A DNA stretch of 64,000 nt from Trichoplax adhaerens (taxonomy: Eukaryota; Animalia; Placozoa), in assembly GCF_000150275.1 (NCBI RefSeq), contig NW_002060943.1:521915-585914 (forward strand), written 5' to 3'. A model generated the notes under the pieces. It was not told where the DNA came from, did not search any database, and saw only the letters and a program-made list of their open reading frames with translations. Both the position numbers and the translations under genes were made by a program. Below are positions 14,232 to 26,958 of this stretch, piece by piece. The number at the start of each line of letters is the position of its first letter. Positions within the stretch are counted from its first letter, which is position 1.

Positions 14232-17200
14232 CTAAATTATGATTTCTTCACTAGCAGGCGTAGAAGATACGGGTGGACTATCGGAATCATTATCATTCCT
14301 ATCCCACATTTTATCGTCGAAGTATGATTCATTACTATAGCTTCCAGGGTGTAAATGGGTAAGTCGCGCTAGAAAATATAGGAAGAATACATCTAGGTAA
14401 GATTTAAAAATTGATCTTAAATTTCTATAGCAATTTGCTATCCCATTTTAGTTTTAATAAACGCATAAAAGTATAATCTAAACAAAAAACTTTTGACAGT
14501 AGTGGGTGTAGTATAAGTTATTACCATGATAAGAATTGTCCGATATTAGCTTACCTTCGGTTTGCTCCGCAACAATTCCTGAGGTAAACAAATAAAGCAT
14601 AAAATACTTTAATTAGCTCAGAAGGCAATCAAATGCTATTATCAAGTTAAAGTCATGGTATTTTAATAGCTGAAGAAAGTACAGTTTGATCTATTGACAA
14701 ATAATCATTATTTTCGTATTTAAGAATTTCTTTTGAAAGATCAATATACCTTTGATCGTAGTTAATTGATTAAATAGAAGCTGCCTAATTTCATTAACCC
14801 AACTTTCTTTCTCTTCTGGAGTGGAAGCCTGAATAGATTTAGTAGTTGTTAATAGCATGACACAGCAAAATTAGCGCATAAAACTATGACAACAAATCTT
14901 ACAGCAGTTGTAATAATACTGCAGATTAGGCTTTACCTGAATAATGTAGACCTTGGGTTGTCCAGGCATCCATATTTCGAATGCCAGAGGTTGATTTTTG
15001 GCACTTTCCGTCATCCCGATGTCACAAGTCTGTAAAAATAGAAAACTACTTTTAAGCAATATACGTTCGTAAATGGCCTTTAACGGCTGTAAGCATTGTA
15101 TTATTACCGGTGATTTTTAAATATTAGCCTGGATTATAGTACATATTAATTAGAGCAAGACCTACTTGCTACAAATAATATTTAAGTACCTTTAAGTCAC
15201 TTTTATATTTATAAATGTATTTTTTACTGCCGTCATCGTAACATTCTTCCTGTTTCTTCGTAAATAGTATCATTTTTTCATACAGAAAGACATGCCTTTG
15301 GGACTTATGACGGCGCACACTTAGTCTAATTCCACGTTTATTTACTTCACATACTTGCATGGATCCCTGACAATTTAAAGGTATAATTGGGAATAATTAA
15401 ACAACGGAAATTAATACTGGATTGAGAGCGTATTAATGAAATCAACGAATATAGATATAGATATAAATATTATACAAAAATCGAGATCTTAATACTACAG
15501 ACTGCTAAGCTACAACATGTAGTACAGTATGATTTTATAAAACATTGAGCTAATTTGAACTAAGCATTGTTGATTGGAATGTTTTATTGGTAGTCACCTT
15601 CAATGTACGCGCATAATTTAATTATAACTTATTATTTGGACTATAATTGTATATCAGCAATAACTTCGAAAATGTAGAAATGCATTAATATTTTGTCTTA
15701 GAGATTAAATTATGTATATAACATATAGACTTTTACCTGTAATATGAGACCTCCCTGCACTGCAAGATTACCCTATTGACGAAATATGTAATGATTGACA
15801 ATGCATTCCATTTAAAAGCTAGTCATGGCAATAAATTCATGCGTGCTCTATCTAGACCATCTGCTTAGTTAAATGGTGATGATCTATTACAGAATCAATT
15901 GTAATTATTCGTATTACGACGACGATTTTACCTTAAATCCTTTAATTGCTATCTGATGCATGACGTCATTAGACTGTTTTAGTAAAATTTTCAAAAAATC
16001 GAGAGCGTCCTAAATAGAGATAACGTGAAAAATAGAGTCGTATGACTGTTAGAACGGTTAACTCCATAAAGTTTGATGAGGTGTATGAAAATATTTTTGT
16101 GTTCTGACTACTATGGTAATAATTATAATTAGCAGCAATCCGCATCTACGCTTGATACTACTCATATATATCGGCATAATTCTTCTATATGAAGAATTTA
16201 CTTGTCATAGATTTGTAAAGTCTACTATGTGAAATTTAAAAATTTTAAAACTTTTTCGTTAAGTTTACATCTTTAAAATAGCAAACTAAATCGTAAATAC
16301 TCATTATTTACCTTGAGATCGGCTGACCCACATTGTGAGTTCTTAGTATGCTTAAGTAAATCCTACCATGAAAGAAATATTATGTAAAGATTAATTCTTT
16401 AACGAGGATGTTTCTTCATTTTTGTCTGCAGATTACGTACCTTAAGTAGAAGTCCATACTTTGTTATTCGTTGAACTGGTTTTATCAAGTAACTGTTTAA
16501 CGGAAGTTGTTGTTTAAGTTTTGATTGGCACTCCTAAGTGATTAGCGCAACAGTAACAATACTTTAATTAAATAAAATTAGATGGTTTGTTACAACAGTA
16601 AAAGGCATTTCAATTTTTGCAAGAATTTATCAAGAATTAATAAAAAAATGACAATATGATTATTGTGGATTGTAGATTTACTAAAAAAAACGGATGGTCT
16701 ATGCCTCCAATTTCTTCCCATAGGGCTTCAGAACTTGGTCTATTCTTGCAGTAAACGGTGTACATTTTGAATTCATTTTTCTGTAAACATATATGAGATA
16801 GCAATATGACCGTTAAAATTTTTGTAAGTGTTAGCTGGCATAAGAGAAATCATCTATAACTTGCAGGTATTTTGTTAAGTCAACATGTTACGTACAGTTC
16901 AAACGTTAAAAACTCATCAATTACGAACTGACCTTTGCTGTAAAGCACCGTCCAACTAAGGCTGGTATGTCACGATGTTCTTCCAACTTTTTTAGAAATA
17001 CTCTGTATCGCATTTCGGAATAGAATAACTCATGAGATTTGTATCGGTAATTTATAAAACAAATTTTTAGTTATTGCACCAGATTTTGCATTGAAAGAAA
17101 TTAAAAGATTGTATCAAGGATGCACTCTTAATAATTGTTTCTTTCATTTAACTGCTGAGTACAGAAATACTAGTTTAGGACCGAGTTGGCCAAGCAAATA

Positions 17201-20200
17201 GTAACTTCGTCGTTTACCTGTGATGAAAGTTGTACAGCTGTCTTATATTGCCAAATAAAATATTCTTTTTACCACGTATAGCTTGCGGGAGTTTTGCTGC
17301 AGGATTATCCATTTCGTCGTAATAACCCTATTAATTGTCAAGGGTATAACTAGCTATTCTCAAAGCAATAAATTTTGCAAGATGTACCGATGTACAATTT
17401 ATAATTACAGTCAGTTATTTCAGAAAATGAGACAGTTGTTACCGTTATAACGCTTCTTAAGTCATTAATATAAGATTTTTCAGTTTCAATAAGCTCGTTG
17501 ATAATTTGTCTATTCGAAAATTCGATAAAATTCTTATCATATAGCAAAGATTTAAACGAATTATGAACATAAAATAATATGAATTTATATTAGGATATAA
17601 TCTCGAATAAGAGGTTATGTTAGGCTATTACTCATATATTACCATATCAGAAAAAATTTTTATATTTTTATTTAGCCATTAAGTTATTATTAAGCCCAGT
17701 ATAAGAACAATTGATATCAGAATATTGAAATAGGACTATTTAAAGTATATAAGATAATTTATATTACATTGAAACTACAGTTTAAATAGCTAGATCTCAA
17801 CAGCTAAGCGATTATTATTCAAGTAAAAATGCCAAGAGTTCACAGTAATCAATTTAAAAGAATTTACTGCCATTCAAAACAAATTCCGATGCACGGATGT
17901 ATCTTTTAATTGTTGTCCATGATGGTGTTATAATATGCTAGTATGATATCTATAATAAATTAGATACTTACCCTCTCTGTTTAAGAACATTTGCGTCGGT
18001 TTCTGTGTCTACTTCATTCTCTATAATTGCTTGCAAACTTTCCTATTTAATAACATTCGAAAAATTTTAATTTAAAAGTTCGAAAACGAGATTCGGATCG
18101 AGTTGATTTTTACCTGCAACGTTTCCACTAAAAGTGCAGAGGAAAGTCTAGATGATAGTAAAACCGATTTTCTTTTATAAGCATCGGTATCTCCTTCATT
18201 ATAAACATCTGCTGAGGATAGCAAATGGATGTTTGTTTGACTGGAGCTTCGACTAGTTAAAGCACTATTAGCAATGCTATAAGGGGCACTTTTCGGACAC
18301 GTTCCTTCACTCTCTTCAACAATAATATTATTGCCATCAATTGAAACTGTTCGTCGTCCCACATCGGTGTTAGATCGAACAAGATTAAATGATGGCTGAG
18401 ATGAAGGTGACACCAAATTCTTTATCGAACCTCGATTTTGGACAAGTTGCCGGATTGTATTCCTTCTCTTACCACACATACCTTTGACTTGAAGATATCT
18501 TTCTAGTGCTTTCAAGGCATGAGAGTGAATATCTTTATCAGTTATGAAAGGATATTTCTCTTCAGTGTCTTGTAATAAATTGATGTTGAACTGATTCATT
18601 TTTTCAGTGCAGTCTTGTAATCTTTGCACCCATTCTTCAGCACTATCTTCTGATTCAAAATCGTCGACTTGTTTAGCTAACAACGTCACCGTTTCATTAC
18701 ACCACTCTAATACCTATAAAGTAATCAATTATATGATGAGTAGTGATTGCTATACGTCTAGCCTACGACAAACCATTATCAAATAGCTAGGGAATGCAAT
18801 GATGTAACCGGTACCATTATGGATTGATATGTGCAATACCAACACTACATTTAGTAAATGCTGGCAGCTCAAACATGTTAATTGCTAACACTAAATAGGC
18901 ATACAATACAATGCCGTACCAAGATCTCGACGTTTTAGTAATATAGCATTATACAGCTTTTATTGATCTATAGCAGGATAAGTGAAGGATAAACGACTTA
19001 CTTCTTCTATACATTGATGTAAGGCGAGTGCTGCCTTTAAATTTTGTTTTCTTTCCGTTAATTTAACTGAAAAATCCTGCGATGCGGTTAATAATCGATT
19101 CAAACATGCTTGTAATCGATCAGCTGCGTAATGTGGTCTTTTCAATAACTGTCTTATCTCATCTCCTAAACATAACACTCGTTCGCAAGTAACCTGATAC
19201 GAAAAAAGTGCACTTTAGTTATTCTAGATTTTATTGGAAGTACATTAAAGATTACTAAGATAATTTAATGTTTGTAGTCGATTTTAAGGAAAAATTTTTT
19301 AACTTAAAAGATTATAGTCTAGATGCTTCGAAATAGCCACTGAAGAGAGCATTTGGAATTCGTTTACAACTTACTTGGGCGTTACTTTCAAACTTTTTCA
19401 AATTTTTCAATAAATTGTTCGTACGCTTACTAGAATCACCAATATCTACTTCCGATGTGAGGACTTTAGCATATTCAGTCAACGATTGAACCAACTAGGT
19501 TATCAATAAAACGTTACAATTAGTTATTAATAGCATGGGGAAAGAAGAATGCAATTTTTGAGAAAAAATGATAATATTATACGTTTTAGAACAATAATAG
19601 TATTTATAACCGATAATATATTAATTTAGTACCATCATGCAATAATATTTTTTATTACCAGGTTAGATCCAGTTTCACACTGCCTTCGTTGAAAGTGTTG
19701 CGTTAGAACCGAAACTTTGTTTTGCCATAAATCAATAAAAGCTACTTTAGTTTCGTCCAATTGTGCTAACAGATTTTTCACAATAGAAACTGTTGCTAAG
19801 AAGTCCACACTACATAGGATAGAAGCAAATTAGCATAGCACATTGTTAGGGTTTATACAAACAGTTTCGGGGAAATGTTAGTAGAATACTTCGTTCAAGT
19901 AAGTAAATGTGACGTAAAATACTGGTAGCTAACATTACCTTGCATCTTCAATGTTGACATTATCGCTATTTTTGCACGTGTAATCGTCTTGAAATGATTC
20001 AATATCTTCAATAGATAATTCCAGATCTTTAATAAGCTGATCTTGCTCGGTTCTTTTTTTATTTAATACATTCTCGATTGCATCAGTTGTTTCATCTCCT
20101 TGATCGAATAGTCGACCATGTTTGATAACATTTTGGCAGTCGATAGATATCTGGGCAGCAAATTTCTCTAATTTCGATGATATATTTAGACCACGTCGAT

Positions 20201-23200
20201 GAAGATGTTCTAATTTCTGAAGTATATCGAGTATGTTATCAAATTTACTGTTTGTAGTCACTTGATATAGCTAAAATACAAGATTGAATATCTGTACTAT
20301 TTCGAAAATATATTGACTCAAATTTAGTTACTATAAAACATTAACTCTTATCGGTGTAATACTATAATTACGACGGGGCTTCTATAAGTTGTATATCACA
20401 AAATTTCAGAGCATTCATTCAACCTACCATGCGATGAAGGATCCAGAAATCGTGATCATAATTTAAGGTACCTCCTAGTTCAGTTGATAGTTGGTCTATA
20501 TTGATTTCTTGATGTAATTCTTCTAATGAATGTACATAAACAACCTAAAAACGTGATAAAGTTGAGATCAAACACCTTTAATAACTGAAATATAAAAACA
20601 CTATTAAGCTGACTATCAAACTTCATTGCATAATAGTTAATGTATTAGTCTTAATATTCTACTGTTTCCACGAAAGCTTACATTGATTGAGAAATTTGGT
20701 CTTGTTGACTGTCTTCCAATTTCCGCTAGTCTTTTCTTATAAGTTTTCGGAGATCTGAGTACATATAACTTAATGATTTCTGTTGGAAATAAAGTCTACA
20801 TTGAATAGTGGAAAAAAATGAATACCCAGAGATTAGACAAATTCAGTTTTGCAATTTAAATCCAGGCTAAAGGATGCAGGTCATCCAAATTACTTCAATA
20901 TACCTCAATGGTCCGTAGTAATGTTTTAATTGTTACAGATGACGACTTCCTTCTATCCAAAACGAATACAAAGCCATTCTCCCGGTCATGCTCACTAATT
21001 AAATAAATATAAGAGTTCTACATTAATGTCTACATACAATTATTAATGTTGCTCTCTAACTAAAATATACACTGCATATCCATCTATAATTTATCATCGT
21101 AATAATAGAAAAAATTTATTTTAATTATGCACTATGTAATTACCTAATAGACCGCATTAAATAACGAATAAGTATCTCTAATTCTTCTTCAGTAACCGTT
21201 TTTTGATTATCATCTGAATCAAAGTCGAATTTTTGGCTAGATGCAGGAAAGATAATTATTGGTGATCCACAATAACGACCACCTACAGGAATACAGATTG
21301 TAATTTGATTAAAATTACTGCTATAGATTATATAATTTCTCTCTAAATGATAATAAATTTTATGACGTACAAATTGAATTTTAATAACTATATTTATTAG
21401 ACAGTAAAGTTAAACTTTAATTCATTGAATTTATGGCACACTATAAGCATGTTGATGTATGTCAGATAAAAATTAAAAAGCTTTGCAATTTTAGAATCAA
21501 CATACCTGATAAATATGCATATCGAATCCGAAGGATGTCTACAATTTGTTTAGCGGATGATGGACGATTGGTACCTTTCTCCTGAACAATTTCTACAACC
21601 AATAAATGCGGATCAATATCAAATCGGTATCAAACAATTGTAGTTTGAATATATAATCTATTTGTTGAAAAATACACATTTGATGATTCATTCATAAATT
21701 TAACTTTCGCTTCAAAAGGCCTGTTATTATTGCTGATCCTTACTTATAGATCAAAAACAAAAAGTATTACTGTCGCATATCTATCAAATAGGAGATTTGG
21801 TATTGTACTATAGTCTGTATATAAAATCATTGCATTCCTGTTTCTAGCTTAATCTTTTACCTTCAATGGCTAATTAGTTATATTTATGTTTTCTCGATAA
21901 TAATATCATTTTACTGGGCAGCCGTTCAAAATTTGTAGCACTTTCACACAAACCAGGTATGAACAAGATCGGGTAAATTTATTTTCAATGTTCAACGTGA
22001 GCTGTATTATTGTCGATTACTAGTATATCCCTCGTTCGTTATGCTTCGCGTACTATTGTATACGTACTTCCCTGGCTGAGCATATTACATGCACATAAAT
22101 TTATCTGATCATAATTATGATACATATAATGCTGTATGATTATAATCACTAGTAGGTACCGCATTTTGTGCGATACCAATCTGCCAATAAACGATCTTGC
22201 TGCTAGATTAATTACACAAATGGCAAATGATTGCCATTTGATTCGAAAAAAATACAATTTTCAAAATGGTAGTAGCCGTACTCGCCAAATTATATTTATC
22301 AGACACTATATCCGAAACACATTTGTTTTTACTACACTTCTAAAGCAGCTACGACAGCATACCCCTCTATCAAATTGGTGTATCACTCCATAACTAATCA
22401 TTTAATTTTACTTTTAACTACTGTATTATTATACCTGTCAGAATTATAGCTAATTGTGAAATGAACAACTTGTTCTCATTTAAATCCTAATTTAGCGATT
22501 GCCATTACTGACCATATTTAGCGATCAAACAATCAGAGTGGTTGGTCCAATGATAATATTGGTGCACGTAAGTAAAATAAATCAAATACGCCAACGATGT
22601 TATTTAAGGTACGACTAATGTCAAAAATTAGACAAATCAAGATGAAGATGGGTGGGGTTGATGGAGACTAACGTTTTCTGCACTCCACAATTATATGTAG
22701 TATTTTTGAACGTAGTTGGCTAAAATGAAATATGATACTGTACATTAGAAAGAATAAAGCAAAGCCGTGAACGATTTCTACTGCAGTATCAACAAATAAA
22801 GGATGCAATGGCCATATTGTACTCTTCTTAACCGTTCAACGTTCATTTTATACCGTACGTAAGGGACAATGAAATGAATTGACCGACAAGATGTGTGACA
22901 AAAAATTAATATAATGTTATGATAACGGTCTTATTTCATTCCATGATAATAAATAAACAAAACTAAATAAATGAGCGAGCCAAAATTATTTCAGGATCAC
23001 CATGTGCATGTCTATGATGATTATATACTGTACAGTATATAATGAATCTATCTGTCCATTCAATAGTGATAACAATACGTCATGACATTGTATTGGGAGG
23101 TTTTATGCTTTGTTTTCTGGTCTTTATTTTTTATTTTACCCAGATTCTTGGTGATTCTATGGTATATTTGCCTACTTTTTCATTAGAAATACTATCATGA

Positions 23201-25321
23201 CAATACTTTAAAATAACAATTAGGGAAGTATCTTGTGATGAGACGTAAAGCGAAATTTTTTGACCGATGATCCCAAAATTGGACATGTAGTCTTATTTAT
23301 CCAACAATTATTTTCTGTTAGCGAAGACCAAAAAGTCATTTGATAGACATGTAGTAATCAACCAAGTCAATGACCATTTGGTTTACATGTGCGGTACAAC
23401 AGAAATAAAGACCATTGGATCTTCTATATTCGATAATGACAGGATTGCAATTAAAAGCTATAAACAAATGGTCATCAGTGTAGTTTAGTAGCACAAGAAT
23501 TGGATTATCACCTTCTTTCGTACTCCGCTGCATTGATAAAACAACATATAAAAATTGGCATAAGCACTTAGGCAGTTCAAGCGTGATCTTAACGTAGGTA
23601 AACTAAAATGCAACGTTTCAAGAGAGTAACGAAAAGCTATGGTTGAATGTATCCTATCAAACAAAAGTTCAAACAAAGACTGCGATAAATGATATTTCAT
23701 GGTTCATTATAATTGTTTTAGTTGATTTTTGTGAAAAAATTGATTGTAGATTCACAGCATAGATATATTTTAATTATCATCAACGGTTAGATCACATTCT
23801 TATTAGTTGCTACATAAAACCATAAAATGATGATATCCTAGATGGAGGTACAACTGATTTTAGTTCGATATCATTAACGTACTGAGACATGAACGGGTGA
23901 TTTCAGCCATGGGTGGGTTTGTAGATTATCGCAGTTCTTTACGGGTTGATTTTATAGTAATGGGATAATTGGGTAAGTAGTAAAGAATTATCGGACTTTT
24001 AATAATAATTAAGCAAGGACAGTAGCGATGGATTAATAGCATCGATATGAAAGCGGCAGCAGAACAATTCCGATTTCAAGTTAGCATTCTACTTCAACTG
24101 CACAGGCAATTTTTATCGTTAATCGTGTTTGTTGAAAGGAGTCGACACGATGAGAAATTCAAGGTAATAAATAAAACTTGCGTTGTCGTAAAGATGAAGA
24201 GTAACTGAATTTTACTATTAGACACATTGGCCAGTTGCCTTTAGTTTGGGAAGCGATTGACAATTCATGAGGCCATCAATTACTTAAAAAGAAGTAATAC
24301 TATAAAGAATGAGATGAGCAGAATTACGAACTGTATAGTCGATACGAAGAAACGCATCACCAAGCAGTTTTCCTTGTCGATTGATTCTCTTTCTACATTG
24401 GCTTCTATTTGCTACTGTTGTCTCTTACTCAAGCTGAAGATTACAGTTTTTAAGGACATCGGAATAACCGCCAAAAGAGTAATGTAATGAAAGTGCTTAC
24501 TAAATTAGTTTTTCTTGAATTATTTTTTGGTCTTTATCATTGATATTTCCTAAAATTACTAGACTAGAACAATGGTTGATAATAATAATAATATCGTCTT
24601 TCCAATGTTAAAGTAGAAGAGTAATAAGAAAATAGAGAATGCAAAAAAGTAGATAGCAACCATTTAAGATCGATTAATGGTTAGGAGACTTTTGTTCAAA
24701 AGTCCTAATTGAATTAAGGCTCATCCTGTGCTAGTATGAATTGATGGGTGGATAGGGGACAAGATGGTCAATAAAACGATAATACAATATTGATCCTTCC
24801 CCACCCTACAGTATTTGAATGTCATGTCATTATCCTATTGAACTAAAATGTCAGGTATCATTTCAATCAAGACGATCAGTTATGCAGTTTGATGTATTCC
24901 TTGTCAAAGATGACTGGTGTTACGTTTTGCCTTTTTTTTGTCGACTACGGTATCCACTCGTGTACTGTATCAATCACCCAAGATATTATCTCCATGGGGG
25001 GGGAAAGGATGGAAAAAAAAATTCAATCTTAACTTCCCTTTCATTGCCTGGATAAATGACCAATAGAACATTTTGTACTGCATGTGAATTAGTGATGGCA
25101 ATAACGACTGTCAACTGACTACTGATATGACGATATCGACTAGTAGAATTCTAATTGATTATTGGTCTTTGAATTTCTTGAAGATTACCTTCGCGTGTAG
25201 GGACTATAGTCCAGCTTTCTTCGGGTTTATTACTGATTGCTCTCACTCGACTTGCTGGTGATTTACTAGGATGGTTATGGCCAGGCCATTGGCTACCATT
25301 CCGACGCGAATTTAATGCCAT
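14232..25321 (-). CDS. MCF2L: MCF2L/Dbs-family RhoGEF, paralog B (Sec14/CRAL-TRIO, spectrin, DH, PH; no SH3 seen), 25 coding exons
   Basis: Exon 1 25321-25189 (MALNSRRNGSQ...PTRE, phase 1) joins 21592-21506 (..IRYAYLSG). Further exons end near 21144, 20904, 20681, 20428, 19939, 19657, 19374, 19001, 18113, 17972, 17442, 17218, 16933, 16681, 16441, 16312, 15932, 15737, 15190, 14937, 14749 and 14555; last exon 14368-14232 ends EEIII-TAG. Motifs: GRYVDHQ-region Sec14 start, FVFVLDRR, ELGGTLNYDH, ELIETEKSYINDL, ILFGNIRQLYNFH, YLIKPVQRITKYGLLLK, RHVFLYE, IGMTESAKNQPLAFEIW. The symbol denotes the family. Confidence 0.9.
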
Positions 25322-26199
25322 TTTTTGCTAGGTGATTGCATTCAGTAATCAATTGAAGTTGGAGGTCACTTGTCCGGAAAGAATCGTTATTCAATCAACA
25401 ATTAACAACCTACTCGTGTAGGATTCTCCTTGAAATGGAGTATAATGATGGTGTATTAAAATAGCAAGCAAATTGCAAGTCCCTGCTATGGATTTCAAGT
25501 CTTTGAATTTTCTGGCTTTAATTTTATTTCACTGAAGAAGGGATTATTCCATTCAAAGACTACCGCCTTTCTGGAAGGCAAAAATGCACTTTCACTGCCA
25601 GCTTGGTGAAGATAGACGAATGGAATCAATGGTTGTAATGGGATCGATTGGTGATTTCAACAACTCAGATGGTCGCAATGGATTGAAGGATAGCGTAAAT
25701 TGCATCCAGGATCAAGCAGAAGAGCAATTTAAAGCATGAGTAAATGAAATTTTCCGAGTTTGGTCAATGAAATCCTGATGCAAATTCACTGGTGAAAAAA
25801 TTTTCATTGATCGTCATGGACGATCGTGGCTGACCCAATGGATGTAGCGTCAACAGCTTGAGTTGATTGCGTCTAGCATCCAGTCGACAATCAGTACTCC
25901 AATGGTTGATTGACGTTGGAGGACTAAGTTAAATGCTTGTAATCAACGATTGCTATTAAGTTACAAAGATTAAACAACTTGTAATCATCGATTTAATGAA
26001 AGAAGTAATGAAAACAAGAACAAGTATCCAACTTGACCATGACAATAGTCAAGGCGGAAGCCCAAATAGAAAATTGAATCCCTTGCAGTCAATAACGTCT
26101 TCTCTTTCTGTTTCAATTGGGTACGGCAATCGGGGTAGGGGTTGGAAGCGAATTAATCGCATACTCTACACGGGACTAATAACAGTGGCAAATGTCTGT

Positions 26200-26850
26200 G
26201 CAGTACAGTGTACAGTACCGTGTACAGTACTGTACAGTACTGTAGTGTAGTCTGCCAACTGCTGGCGAAACAGCGCTGTACTGTAGTTGTGTTTACCACG
26301 ATACCGATGAAAGCTTTTACGTCATCGTACAGTACGTACTAAAGCCGTAACGCTACAGTGTCCAGTACTGTACACGATACTGTACACTGTATGTACAGTA
26401 CTGTACTGTACAGTACGTTCAAGATCAAACGATCTTGATGCACTTCACTCGCACTGTGACTCTGTGAGTGACACGTACAGTACTGTACTGTACACTGTAC
26501 AGTCAAGTATCGTGCGCAGTACAGTAATTATATTACTGCACTGTACTGTACTGTACGTTCAAGATCAAACGATCTTGATGAACTTGACTACAGCACAGTA
26601 CAGTACAGTGTACAGTACCATCAACGATACGCTTGGTACTGTACACTGTACAGTACAGTACTGTACTGTACAGTATGTGTCACTCGCAGTCACTCACAGT
26701 GCGAGAGTGAAGTGCATCAAGATCGTTTGATCTTGAACGTACAGTACAGTACATACTGCACTTGAAAGTGTTGTGTCGGCATCATCGTCATACAGTACAA
26801 TGTACTGTACTGTACATTGTACTGTAAAGTACTGTACTGTACATTGCAGA
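26200..26850. repeat. CAGTA/TACTG palindromic island with an embedded inverted repeat, between divergent RhoGEF-B and IWS1
   Basis: Dense cagtac/gtactg runs. About 26400-26490 is the approximate reverse complement of about 26660-26752. Hairpin TCAAGATC-aaac-GATCTTGA at 26419-26438 and 26559-26578, and inverted at 26717-26736. Confidence 0.9.
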
Positions 26851-26958
26851 CTCCGTAATAATACTACTCTACTACCAGCAGTGTGCGCCTTCCGCCATAG
26901 CAGATCGATCTTATTTCTACCAGATTGATTGAATTGTGGCAGTCAATATCCCATAACG

